Source: Cyanomargarita calcarea GSE-NOS-MK-12-04C (GTDB lineage Bacteria; Cyanobacteriota; Cyanobacteriia; Cyanobacteriales; Nostocaceae). From it: DNA of 64,000 bases. The stretch covers positions 253 through 64,252 of the forward strand of contig JAHHGZ010000029.1 in NCBI GenBank assembly GCA_019359595.1, read 5' to 3'. This document shows positions 48,525 to 58,746 of this stretch, in pieces; within the stretch, counting starts at the first letter, position 1, and every line of letters begins with the position of its first letter. Below the pieces are notes generated by a model. That model saw nothing but the letters and a program-made list of their open reading frames with translations, ran no database searches and was not told where the DNA came from. Both the position numbers and the translations under genes were made by a program.

Positions 48525-50420
48525 TTAAGTAGTAAGTAATTTGTCTAACTCTCGACTCATAGATGATTTTTCAGATACAAAACCAGTTGCAGAAAGTTTT
48601 TCTTTTAACTTACTCAAATATGTGATTATATTTATACGAATAATTTCGCCTTGCATATCTGGATAATCAGAATTCTCTGTAAACTCATCAATTTGTTTAA
48701 TCATTACACTGAGATTTCGACTAATTTCATTTTTTACCTCCACAGGAATTTCTTCTTTAATAACTATTGTTCTGAAAGCATCAAGCATTTTACGCAGATA
48801 AGAAATACCTCCATCACGATCTGGTTGACTTCTAAGAATTTCACCTGTAACTCTAGTTGCAGACCGACCACGCTGAATTTCAGAGAAATAACGTTTAAAA
48901 TTACCTATGCCATCTGTTGCTGAATAACCCTCAATGTCGATACTGGATGTACACTTTAGGGCATTTCTAAAAGCCGGATGAACAATAAAAACCTTATCTG
49001 TTTCTTCAACAGTTTTCGCATTCTGATAATAAAATACACTTTTATCTACACGTTCAACGCCAAGAAAACCTATTCCGTATAATATATTAAGTACAGTGTC
49101 AATATTCAAATAATTTTTATAATTACTATATCGTTCTTCTAATGCTGGAATTACACGTTCAAACACAATCTCAAAGCACTGCCTTGGAACCACATAACTT
49201 GTATTACTAAACAAAATTAGTAAATCATTTAAGAAGGGATAATTAATTATGTATTCGCCTATTAAATCATTAAGTTTCCAGTTTGAATAAGAATCAATTG
49301 CTTGTGTGATATGTTTACACTCAACGGTTATACTACCTTCACGTCGAGCTGTATCTACACATAAATTACACAGTTGAATAATCTCCCTTGGTCGCATTAG
49401 AGTGTAAGATAAAATAAAATCAGACGTTGTTTCAGTATTTATTTGCTGAGGAAAGTATTCTGACCAAAAACTATCAGATGTTAGATCCCTATTTTTTGTA
49501 GAAGCTTTGGCTCTCTCTAATATAATTTCAGGCAGTTTTTCAGAAGTCCAAGTAACGCTTACTTCATCACCGCGTAGTTTGTCCTTATCAAAAAACTGTA
49601 ATTGTTCATAAATGTCTGCTCTGAGAAATACAGTACAAAAAGCATTATCATAAATCTCGTTTATCTGCTTCGAGGCCATAAGTAAGCCTATGACCGTTTT
49701 GTCAGATGAAGTATCATTATCCCAAATTTCATCTACTTTATCTACTAAAATATAAAATTTATATTTCTGAAAAAATTTTAAAAGTTTTTCAAGATACTTT
49801 TCTAAAAAATCTAGTTTATAATCAAAATTTTTACCTTCATTAGTTTCATGATTAGTTTCTATTTCTGCTGATTGGTCAAAAGCTTTGAGCGTAATTTTTG
49901 TTTGAATTCTATTTATTATACTCCAGAACTTTTCTTGAAAATTGAGATCATCAACTTCATTATTTTCTACAAGAAAACTTCGTATTTTGTTTAGTGTATG
50001 AGATAAATCATTTTCGACTGACCAATCAGAATTATCTGAGCTTGATTCCCAATCATTGTGATTTCTTGCTACTTCAAGTAAAAATTTACAAATTTGTACT
50101 AAAAAAATATATTTCCAAATCAATTTTTTTGACTGTTGTTCATTAACGCCACTCATTTGAAATTGTCTGATTTCATCAGCAGAAATAGCATCAGGTGTAA
50201 CAAGGCATACATAAGTTTTTTCTTCTAAACTTAATTCTTTTTTTAGCATTAAACATAAAGCACTTTTACCTGACCCTTTTCTGCCAATAACTAATGATTT
50301 CTTACGCGATTTGATATCCTCGTATATTGTTGTTTTTAAAAAACTACCTTGCAAAAGTCCGCTACCTTTAAAATCTGTTTCAGCGTCATCTTTGCCAAAA
50401 TATAAACTCTGAATAGTCAT
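48525..50420 (-). CDS. P-loop NTPase of unknown function (KAP/AAA-like), in AT-rich island
   Basis: 631 aa with Walker A LVIGRKGSGKSALCLM at about residue 45 and Walker B YILVDKVDE at about residue 220. The C-terminal 400 aa are unassigned. GC content is conspicuously low. Confidence 0.55.
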   Translation of the reverse strand: MTIQSLYFGKDDAETDFKGSGLLQGSFLKTTIYEDIKSRKKSLVIGRKGSGKSALCLMLKKELSLEEKTYVCLVTPDAISADEIRQFQMSGVNEQQSKKLIWKYIFLVQICKFLLEVARNHNDWESSSDNSDWSVENDLSHTLNKIRSFLVENNEVDDLNFQEKFWSIINRIQTKITLKAFDQSAEIETNHETNEGKNFDYKLDFLEKYLEKLLKFFQKYKFYILVDKVDEIWDNDTSSDKTVIGLLMASKQINEIYDNAFCTVFLRADIYEQLQFFDKDKLRGDEVSVTWTSEKLPEIILERAKASTKNRDLTSDSFWSEYFPQQINTETTSDFILSYTLMRPREIIQLCNLCVDTARREGSITVECKHITQAIDSYSNWKLNDLIGEYIINYPFLNDLLILFSNTSYVVPRQCFEIVFERVIPALEERYSNYKNYLNIDTVLNILYGIGFLGVERVDKSVFYYQNAKTVEETDKVFIVHPAFRNALKCTSSIDIEGYSATDGIGNFKRYFSEIQRGRSATRVTGEILRSQPDRDGGISYLRKMLDAFRTIVIKEEIPVEVKNEISRNLSVMIKQIDEFTENSDYPDMQGEIIRINIITYLSKLKEKLSATGFVSEKSSMSRELDKLLTT

Positions 50421-50933
50421 ATAGTTACATCTTTAACCAATAGGTATAGAGAGATTGAATACTTGCGTAAAAATGGAATACCACCAGACGGAGTAGTTGG
50501 AACCAAAATGTACACATATTCCTAAGCAAAATTTTGCTTAGGAATATGTGTTCCTAAACAGGAGAAAGCAAGAAATTATATTGAGATTGTTCAGAAGGTA
50601 ATTGCTTGTTTTTCCTGCTTCTACTTTTATATAGGTTCAAGTCTAATTGACTTATACACTTCTATGATGCCAAGATAAAATTTGTGTTGCAAAAACTTGT
50701 CGAGGATAAAATATCTGGATGAGAAAGATATACTTATGCAGTAAATGCGACAAAAGGGAATAAAAAACCAAAATAATCAACCTTTCAATCAGCTTGATTT
50801 TCTGATTGTTTATTCTTTTGTGTCTGTTCTGTTTGAGGAGTCACTGCTGAGTTGCTCTACCATCGCTGTTTATTGTTATTCAAGCTGTAAGTACTGGCAA
50901 AAGTCTACTCTAGACTAAACACCATAAAAAAAA

Positions 50934-52040
50934 TTACAACAAAAATTCCTCAACAATCACAGCACCCTGAAAGCCGACTTCAACCTGAAATTGCTTCCCT
51001 ACAATCTCACTAAATTCTAACTGAATGAGATTATCAGCTTTCCTCGTAATAACTTCCTGACTTTCTGACTCAGAAGTATTAGGATTAAGAGTCACTTTCA
51101 ACTTCAACGCAGACGGTAGATATTCCTCATTATAAGGAATAACCTGTACAAGCACATCAACTTCATTATCTTCCAACCGTTTTACATTGATAACTAAAGC
51201 TAATTTTTGACCATTTAGTAATAGTCCAAAATCTAACTTTTTGACCCCACAATGATAATCAATTGACTTACTTCTTACAACACCCCAAGCATAGTTACTA
51301 TCAAGCGTCTTCAGCATATCCTTAGTGGATTGCCAACCTTCTTCAAAAACTCCAAGGCACCAACTGCTCACGTTGACTAACGCTTTATTAACGATGCTTG
51401 TACTCTGGCTTAGAGTTTGTATATCTGTACGATCAACCCCAACTACCGATGGTAAAGGAATAGCATCTGGTGACAAAAAAGACGAGTACAGCAATAGGTT
51501 ATTCACCTCAGAATCAAACCAAGAAAGTGGTAGCTGATAACAACTATCAGATTTAGCTTCCAAGTTAATTGATTGGCAATATTCAATTAATTTATCGTAA
51601 CGTAAAAAACCGTGGATGTTTAATTTTTCTTCCTCTTCTAATACCTCAAGCAATACATAAAAATGAGCAATCATTTTTGGAGAGTTGATGACTTCTTTTG
51701 GTACAGTCACAAAATCATCAATTAGGTTGTCAACACTAATTAAGCAAAGGCTGAATCCACCGACACTTAGATTCCAAACAACATTCATCGCATTAGCGCT
51801 ATCAGATTCAAATATCGAGCAGTTATCTCGATTAATTTTCACATCTGGAATTCTTTCTCTTAGCCATTCTTCAAAACCAAGTAGCGCTAGTGCATTTAAA
51901 TAAATTGTCCACTGGTTTGTTTCGCTTAAGTTTCGGTCGCTAATTTTTTTAGCTTCTTCAAAATGCTCCGATTCCAGCCAAATAACTTTTGCTGACAATT
52001 CTTGTCTCCAGTATCTTGAATAAACAGAGGTATTAGTCAT
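50934..52040 (-). CDS. DUF1822-like cyanobacterial protein (tentative)
   Basis: 368 aa. The N-terminal WLESEHFEEA..SETNQWTIYLNALALLGFEEWL pattern recalls the DUF1822 family from memory. It is AT-rich. Confidence 0.4.
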   Translation of the reverse strand: MTNTSVYSRYWRQELSAKVIWLESEHFEEAKKISDRNLSETNQWTIYLNALALLGFEEWLRERIPDVKINRDNCSIFESDSANAMNVVWNLSVGGFSLCLISVDNLIDDFVTVPKEVINSPKMIAHFYVLLEVLEEEEKLNIHGFLRYDKLIEYCQSINLEAKSDSCYQLPLSWFDSEVNNLLLYSSFLSPDAIPLPSVVGVDRTDIQTLSQSTSIVNKALVNVSSWCLGVFEEGWQSTKDMLKTLDSNYAWGVVRSKSIDYHCGVKKLDFGLLLNGQKLALVINVKRLEDNEVDVLVQVIPYNEEYLPSALKLKVTLNPNTSESESQEVITRKADNLIQLEFSEIVGKQFQVEVGFQGAVIVEEFLL

Positions 52041-52085
52041 ATCTTAGCTCATGGTTCTATAGAACGTTGCGAGAAAATAATTTGT

Positions 52086-53648
52086 TCATGCTGCCTTTTT
52101 GATTAAATCATTAAGATAGCGACGTGTCATTTTGGCAAATAAGCTATTTTTTTGCTGTTTTTTCCCGCTTAGGATTTCTGCGTGTGCATCGTTGAATGCT
52201 TTCTTCAAAGCATAACTTCTAATTTCATCAGCAACATTTTTTAGATAGTCTGGGTTACTAGAAATTGTAGTTACTCGATATTGTGTCGGCGATTTACAAA
52301 TTTTGTCAATAAATTTTTCTTCTGTGCGATACTGAACCCGATCGAGAAAATTTTCTAATTGAAATATTCGTCTAACTTTACACCAAGGTATCCCCCATAA
52401 TTTACCAATCTCCCCTAAAGACATATTCTTTTGATATAAAAGTTGCAAACCTTCATGAAATTGTTGGGCAAAACTTTTGTAACCTTTACTTTTTTTCAAT
52501 CCTTCAATTTTTTGGTAAGTAACTTCTGATATTGCTTGATATAAAACCTCTTCAAATAAGTCATGACAATCCTCTTTTAATTGGTTTAATTCAATCTCCT
52601 CTAAATCGGTGTCAACATAATAATCTAATTCTCGATTGGGAATATAATCATTAGTGGAGTTGTCATACACTTCTATAGGTATAGTTTTGGGACTACCTGT
52701 TCTCCTCGAAAGCGTATCCTGACGTAAGACTTCTGCAATTCTTTTGAGATGATAAATTAGTTTTATATGAGAACTCATGATATTTCGTTGTTGCAACAAA
52801 TCATGCATTTCCTGTAATTGGTTTAGCGTAGGTTCAGAACAACGTCCTTTTTCATCTGATTTGCGTCTGTCTCGACGATAGACTGCATGAAATACCTCTA
52901 AAATTTCCCTGTCTCCTTTTTCAAGATGCGATTCCAAGGAACGGGGAATATGTCCACATAGTAAGGCCCAGTCACTGGGAGTCCGTACCCCCAATTCCCA
53001 TAGAAATAACCTTAAATTTTGATTCTGTTGAGTTAGTCTCCAAGTCCAATTATCCAAGCTTTCATTGGAACTTAAGGTTGGATTAAATTTTCTTAAAATT
53101 TCAACGCTAAAAAACTCTCCTCCTTTAGGTATTGGTCGAGTTGTATCATCTTGATTCAAGATAAGTTGAGTTTGACCTTCACTATCCAACAGTATCTGTT
53201 CTTTACCATCATCATTTAAAACGAATGGAAGCAAATCAATATAGCTAAAAGGGTTCTCAATTTCTTTTTTACAGGTGTGAGGAATTTTTTTGCAGCTAAT
53301 GAGAATCGTCTGAGATACATAGCATCTCAAACAAAGTCCAGCAGAAGCACGATCACGCATATCGGAAGCTGAACAAAAAATCTTCCACACAACAGCTTGA
53401 ATATGCCTGTTTTCTTCTGACGATAGTGTGGGTTGGCTGGCTAGCTGGGGGAATTGTATACTGAAGAACTCCTGTGCTAGGCGGATTGTCCTGGATTTGT
53501 AGCCATCTTTTAGCTTATTGTCTACCACCCTAGGAGAATCAATTATCCACATTATCCAGTATCTTGACGATGCTACCATAGGTTTTAAAATTACCTCGCT
53601 TCTCATCAGACATGACATCAACAGCGAACCTATTTCACCAGAAACCAT
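52086..53648 (-). CDS. hypothetical protein with sigma-70 region-4-like HTH near C-terminus
   Basis: 520 aa. MSLGEIGKLWGIPWCKVRRIFQLE resembles the region-4 HTH (TLEEIG..GVTRERIRQIE). The rest is unassigned, the start is ambiguous (several Met in the first 25 aa) and it is AT-rich. Confidence 0.35.
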   Translation of the reverse strand: MVSGEIGSLLMSCLMRSEVILKPMVASSRYWIMWIIDSPRVVDNKLKDGYKSRTIRLAQEFFSIQFPQLASQPTLSSEENRHIQAVVWKIFCSASDMRDRASAGLCLRCYVSQTILISCKKIPHTCKKEIENPFSYIDLLPFVLNDDGKEQILLDSEGQTQLILNQDDTTRPIPKGGEFFSVEILRKFNPTLSSNESLDNWTWRLTQQNQNLRLFLWELGVRTPSDWALLCGHIPRSLESHLEKGDREILEVFHAVYRRDRRKSDEKGRCSEPTLNQLQEMHDLLQQRNIMSSHIKLIYHLKRIAEVLRQDTLSRRTGSPKTIPIEVYDNSTNDYIPNRELDYYVDTDLEEIELNQLKEDCHDLFEEVLYQAISEVTYQKIEGLKKSKGYKSFAQQFHEGLQLLYQKNMSLGEIGKLWGIPWCKVRRIFQLENFLDRVQYRTEEKFIDKICKSPTQYRVTTISSNPDYLKNVADEIRSYALKKAFNDAHAEILSGKKQQKNSLFAKMTRRYLNDLIKKAA

Positions 53649-54295
53649 TTTTTCTCAATGTTCTGGAGAGCTACATATATATAGTGTTTGGTTTTGTGAA
53701 CTTATACACTTTGAGTCGAATGGCACTCTTGTTGAGCCCTGAAATTGGTGCAAGATATCAGCCTAGTAGCGGGCGCGGCGATCGCGGAGCGTAAAATATG
53801 AAAATAACACATTTTTTTTGTAACCCTTGCTATATATGGATTGTGGAATGTGTTAGTTAGGAGTTAAAACGGACTCAGTACAAGGATTTGAGACAATCAC
53901 GGGTGTCACCCCTGAGTTAATTGACCCACAGCATCATTTATTTCTGGGCTTGTTGGAATTAATGCAAGATGTAATTTTAAATGAGCTGAAACCTCTGTCT
54001 TAGCTAGCTTTAGTAGACCTCAATGTCCAGCCTCACGTAAAAAATTTAGCTAACACAACCCACATAAAGTGCATAAGTCTATTCGACTTGAAACTATTTA
54101 TAAGTAGAAGCAGGAAAAACAAGCAATTATCTTAAGCTTCTCGTTCTGCTCAAAAGAATAGCTCAAATTCTAGCTTTTCTGTCAGACTGGCTGATTTTAG
54201 AATCCGGGAAACCAGTAGTGGAGACGTATTGCCAATTTTTGGAGATGTTGAATTTTTTTCCTTTTGATTACCTAATATTCTACCACATTAATTTT

Positions 54296-54397
54296 GAGAG
54301 GTAAAGACAACAGAACTAAATCCCCCGTGACCCCTATGTTGGGGGTACTATGTTCAACTTTGAATTTTATCCTCCCCCAGAATTGGGGCAGGGGGGC
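54296..54397. repeat. dispersed short repeat, family A copy
   Basis: GTAAAGACAACAGAACTAAATCC ... ATGTTCAACTTTGAATTTTATCCTCCCCCAGAATTGGGGCAGGGGGGC shares both ends with 18175-18304. Confidence 0.7.
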
Positions 54398-54504
54398 TTC
54401 CGAGTCGGGAAAGAGCGCATAACTAATATGGTCGTCCACTAGTTTTCAGACTAATTGCTAGCTTAATCGCTTCTAGAATTTCTCAACTTAAAAGGTTTTC
54501 AACG

Positions 54505-54912
54505 ATGAATCGTAACTTTATCTATCGCATTGTAGAACTGACTAATGCTCAACGTCGTCAGGTCGGTTTGCCAGACCTAAGATTTAACCCTGTGTTAGCA
54601 GCAGCGGCACAGAAACATAGTGCAGACATGGCATTGGAGGATTTTTTCAATCATAAAAGCCCAAATGGAAGCAAGCCTTCGGATCGTGCCCAAGCTGAAG
54701 GATATCCATCAACATATGTCGGTGAAAACATCTATGCAGGTGGTTCCACCCCAGAAAATGCTTTTGAAGGATGGATGAAGAGTGAAGGACATCGTAATAA
54801 CATCCTGAGTCCAAATTATCAAGACATTGGAGTTGGTTACTATTTTCTAGGGAACGATACGGGTAATGTTAATTACAACCATTACTGGACACAATGCTTT
54901 GGCAAACCCTAA
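54505..54912 (+). CDS. CAP/SCP/PR-1-like domain protein
   Basis: 135 aa with HSADMALEDFFNH, GENIYAG and GHRNNIL..IGVGYY, the conserved CAP motifs. No signal peptide is evident. Confidence 0.8.
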   Translation: MNRNFIYRIVELTNAQRRQVGLPDLRFNPVLAAAAQKHSADMALEDFFNHKSPNGSKPSDRAQAEGYPSTYVGENIYAGGSTPENAFEGWMKSEGHRNNILSPNYQDIGVGYYFLGNDTGNVNYNHYWTQCFGKP

Positions 54913-54973
54913 TCAAAGAATTTAGTTGAATTTAACCAAATCACCCCTTTTCTACATTTTAGAGGTTATTACC

Positions 54974-55384
54974 ATGAGCCAAGAATTTATCAATCGTGTT
55001 GTAGAACTCACTAACGTCGAACGTCAGAGAGCAGGTTTACCACCACTGAAATTCAATGGTCGGTTAGCTGTAGCCGCTCAAAAGCACAGTGTAGACATGG
55101 CAATGCGCGACTTTTTCAATCACAAAGGAGAAGATGGTTCATCCCCATTTGACCGTATTAAAGCTACAGGCTATCGATACTCCCGTGCAGCAGAAAACAT
55201 TTCAGCAGGCAACTCTACCCCAGAAGATTCCGTCAAGGGATGGATGAACAGCCAAGGACATCGCAAAAACATTCTGACTCCAGATTATAAGGAAATTGGG
55301 GTTGGTTATTATTTTCTAGGTAATGATACGGGCGACGTTAATTACAAACACTACTGGACACAAGTTTTTGGTACACCTTTGTAA
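54974..55384 (+). CDS. CAP/SCP/PR-1-like domain protein (tandem paralogue)
   Basis: The track ORF opens at 54926, but AGAGGT is followed by ATG at 54974 (MSQEFINRVVELTNVERQRAGL). It is about 55% identical to the upstream CAP protein. Confidence 0.8.
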   Translation: MSQEFINRVVELTNVERQRAGLPPLKFNGRLAVAAQKHSVDMAMRDFFNHKGEDGSSPFDRIKATGYRYSRAAENISAGNSTPEDSVKGWMNSQGHRKNILTPDYKEIGVGYYFLGNDTGDVNYKHYWTQVFGTPL

Positions 55385-55432
55385 TTTGCATTGTCACGGC
55401 AATTCTAGAATTTCATTTTTTGGAGTTCATTT

Positions 55433-55978
55433 ATGTCTTGTACAGTCGGTAATTCATACATTGTCAAGTCGGGAGATACGCTTTTTATCATTGCCCAACA
55501 ACAATTAGGTGATGGTAACCGTTGGCGTGAAATCAAAAAACCAGATGGCACTTCATTTACAGACCAAGACGCTTCTAATTTGCTTGTTGGTCAGGAAATT
55601 TGCATTCCTGGGTCTATTTCTCCACCTCCTCCCTCCGGGAACCAAATCAAGCTAGAAGCCAGATTTTATAGCATGGAAGAAACAAGGTGTCACACACCAG
55701 CCTCTGGTGTACATGGAGTGACCTTGCGGGCAGCGCTTGCAGGTCAATGGCAGTCACAATGTCAAGGTCAAAGCGTTGGACGTTTGCAGTGTGCAGTAGA
55801 CCCAAATGTTATTCCTCTGTTAACAAATTTTACCTTGATGCTTTGGGATGGTAGGCAAGTTCCCGCAGCAGCCTTAGATATAGGTACGGCAATTCTAGGT
55901 AAGAAGATTGATATCTTCGTTGATACCGTTCAAGAAGCGATCAATTTAGGTGTACAGCCTGTTACAGCAATTTTGTAA
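55433..55978 (+). CDS. LysM + 3D (MltA/YabE-like) domain protein
   Basis: 181 aa. The N-terminal LysM is [26 protein letters not shown]. The C-terminus (VDPNVIPLLTNFTLMLWDGRQVPAAALDIGTAILGKKIDIFVDT) resembles 3D domains. Confidence 0.6.
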   Translation: MSCTVGNSYIVKSGDTLFIIAQQQLGDGNRWREIKKPDGTSFTDQDASNLLVGQEICIPGSISPPPPSGNQIKLEARFYSMEETRCHTPASGVHGVTLRAALAGQWQSQCQGQSVGRLQCAVDPNVIPLLTNFTLMLWDGRQVPAAALDIGTAILGKKIDIFVDTVQEAINLGVQPVTAIL

Positions 55979-56140
55979 AAAGTAAATCCCCATAAATTTA
56001 GGGGCTTTTAACCCTTTTTATTTCTTCTTTCTTTTACCTTCTTACAAAGTTAGGCGGGACGGAAACCGACACCGCCTACTTTGCGCTTCTTACTTTTTAC
56101 TTTTGCCTTGTTCAGTAATTTCATTTTTTGGAGTTGATTT

Positions 56141-57064
56141 ATGTCTTGTACAGTTGGTAATTCATACATTGTCAAGTCGGGAGACACGCTTTTTATCATT
56201 GCCCAACAACAATTAGGTGATGGTAACCGTTGGCGTGAAATCAAAAAAACAGATGGTACTCCCTACACAGATGCAGATGCCGCGAATTTACAGGTAGGTC
56301 AGGAAATCTGCATTCCGAACGGGTCCACTCCCCCTCCCCCAACGGGCAATGGTTTCGCGAGTATTGTGTCACGCCAAAGCTACGAAGCCATGTTCCCAAA
56401 CCGTAACGGTCTGTACACCTACGACGGTCTAGTGGCCGCAACACAAAAATACCCAAGCTTCTGCAATGAAGGATCTGACGTGCAACGCAAGCGTGAAGCA
56501 GCTGCTTTTTTAGCAAACATTGCCCACGAAACCACTGGTGGTTGGGATGCTGCTCCTGGTGGACGTTATGCTTGGGGTCTGCACTTTATTGAAGAGCAGA
56601 AACCCCAAGGCATATACTGCGATTCGTCGAATAGTACCTATCCCTGCAAACCCGGCAAATCCTATCACGGTCGCGGCCCTATCCAACTTTCGTGGAACTA
56701 CAACTATGGTCAAGTGGGTCAAGCTTTGGGCCTCGATCTGCTCTCCAACCCTGACCTGGTGAAGTCCGATAGTGCGATCGCCTTCCAAACTGCCTTGTGG
56801 TTCTGGATGACCCCCCAGCAACCCAAGCCTTCTTGTCATGCGGTGATGACTGGTAAATGGACACCTTCTGGCGATGATGCGAGCAAGGGACGTGCGCCTG
56901 GTTTTGGCATGACCATTAATATTATCAACGGTGGTCTTGAATGTGGCATGGGCACCCCTCCTGCCGTGACGGATAGGGTTGGCTTTTACAATCATTTCAC
57001 CCAATTGTTGGGTGTGAACGCGGGCGATAACCTCTACTGCGATCGCATGGGTCCCTACCGCTAA
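56141..57064 (+). CDS. LysM + glycoside hydrolase family 19 chitinase
   Basis: 307 aa with GH19 signatures [12 protein letters not shown] and [14 protein letters not shown]. The N-terminal LysM is nearly identical at nucleotide level to the previous gene. Confidence 0.9.
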   Translation: MSCTVGNSYIVKSGDTLFIIAQQQLGDGNRWREIKKTDGTPYTDADAANLQVGQEICIPNGSTPPPPTGNGFASIVSRQSYEAMFPNRNGLYTYDGLVAATQKYPSFCNEGSDVQRKREAAAFLANIAHETTGGWDAAPGGRYAWGLHFIEEQKPQGIYCDSSNSTYPCKPGKSYHGRGPIQLSWNYNYGQVGQALGLDLLSNPDLVKSDSAIAFQTALWFWMTPQQPKPSCHAVMTGKWTPSGDDASKGRAPGFGMTINIINGGLECGMGTPPAVTDRVGFYNHFTQLLGVNAGDNLYCDRMGPYR

Positions 57065-57643
57065 GGTCTTACAGCAATTCTGTATGAAGATGCACATAAT
57101 CAAGACCCCCCTGTAGTCCCCCCTTGCCAAGGGGGGACGGCGTAGCCGGGGGGTAATATATGCAGCTTCACAAAGAAACGGTCTTACAGCAATTTTCACT
57201 CCCTTTGTACCACAATCCCAAACCTAATCCCCCTCCGGATGTTCAAGAAGGGGGAATATCAAAGCCTCTCTTCTTCTTGAGAGGTATCCCTAGCACTGGA
57301 AAGACCACTGCGTGAACGGGGAAGCAAGCTATGGAGAGAGGTCAAAAATGTGGTTTATTTACCCGAAAATAGCTGTAAAAAAGTTTTTTTGCTGGTGTGC
57401 TAAATATCTGCCTAAGGAACACCTGGTAAAGAGAATTATCCATTGCCCGAAATCCTCTGTAGCTACAATACCCTGCGGGAAGCTCCGCTATATGAATTGT
57501 AGCTACCTTGCCCAAGTTCCTCCAGAAAATCCTTGGTCTGGATCAAACGGTGCTGAGGGAAACTACGGTCTGTGGTATCTCAACGACCAAGGAAAGTATA
57601 CAGACAAGACAAGCCCCTGAGACTATAGCAGCCGATTGGAATT

Positions 57644-58561
57644 ATGAATGACAAAATTGAGACAGACTATTCCGTAATCATGACTAAAAGTAGAAAATTT
57701 TCATCAGCCCTGTCCAGAGCTTCTATCACGCTTTTGATGGTATCACTTTCACTCTTGATCCTGTTTGTCAATCCCCAAGGTGCGATGGCGCAGGAGTCAA
57801 GAGCCACAAGCCATACGACTCGCTTGTCAGTTACTAACCAGTGTGACTTTCCCGTGTGGATGGCAACAATACCTAACGCCAATATAACTCCTTTGTCGGA
57901 TGGTACTGTTAAACTATCCAAGGGTCAATCACATGATTACTCCATACCCAATAGCGGCTGGGCTGGAAGATTCTGGCCCAAAAGCGGGTGTGATTCCAAT
58001 GGCATGAACTGCACCGCAGGAGAAGCAGTACCACCATGTCCTGCAACAGGTTGTCAACCCCCAGCCGACACCAAAGTTGAAATTAACTTTCCCAACCTCT
58101 CTTCAAGGGATAATGCTTGGTATAATATCAGCCTCGTAGACGGGTATAGCCTTCCTGTGGAGATTAAACCTAGAGAAGGAGAGTCAGGTTCATGTATAAC
58201 AACGAATTGTAATCTTTCTCTTAATAGCTGTCCTCAAGATGAAACACAGGGTTTAGGGGATCTTCGAGTCTTCAATGCTGGGAAAGCCGTACAATGCCTG
58301 TCTCCGTGTAAGAAATGGAACTATCCCGCTCCTTTCGGTCTAGGAAAGCCTGAAACCGAAGCACCTGGTATCGATTTATGTTGTCCGTACAACGATGTCG
58401 AGCGGTGTCGCAGGGGACCTGTCGTACAAACAAAGTTTGTCCAGACTGTACATAAAACATGTCCTACTGCTTATGGCTATGCTTACGACGATGAAGCCGG
58501 GTTGCACAATTGTCCAACGCAGAAGAGCTTTGATGTGACGCTTTGTTCAGTAGGACGTTAA
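57644..58561 (+). CDS. thaumatin-like protein (PR-5 family)
   Basis: 305 aa. A signal peptide is present if the start is M13 (57680: MTKSRKFSSALSRASITLLMVSLSLLILFVNPQGAMA). The mature region has the thaumatin Cys framework and motifs (NQCDFPVW, GRFWPKSGC, DGYSLPVEI, CPTAYGYAYDDE). Confidence 0.85.
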   Translation: MNDKIETDYSVIMTKSRKFSSALSRASITLLMVSLSLLILFVNPQGAMAQESRATSHTTRLSVTNQCDFPVWMATIPNANITPLSDGTVKLSKGQSHDYSIPNSGWAGRFWPKSGCDSNGMNCTAGEAVPPCPATGCQPPADTKVEINFPNLSSRDNAWYNISLVDGYSLPVEIKPREGESGSCITTNCNLSLNSCPQDETQGLGDLRVFNAGKAVQCLSPCKKWNYPAPFGLGKPETEAPGIDLCCPYNDVERCRRGPVVQTKFVQTVHKTCPTAYGYAYDDEAGLHNCPTQKSFDVTLCSVGR

Positions 58562-58746
58562 TGGTCTCAGATCAAGATGCTTTATAAACAAGCCTTCTGC
58601 TTGAAAAGTTAATCAGCAGTATTAGCCTTTCAACGAGTGCAGGAGAGTAACAAAAAAATACCTAATTGTTTGTTGTTAGATGAGCATGAGGTTCCAAGTC
58701 GTGGCAACAAGCAATTACCTTTTTCAGTTGTCTTTGGAGGTCAATT

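Noticed and set aside
57312-57620. 102-aa ORF between the GH19 and thaumatin genes
   Set aside because: It has no domain signal and odd composition. It could be real but is unsupported, so it is not listed as a feature.
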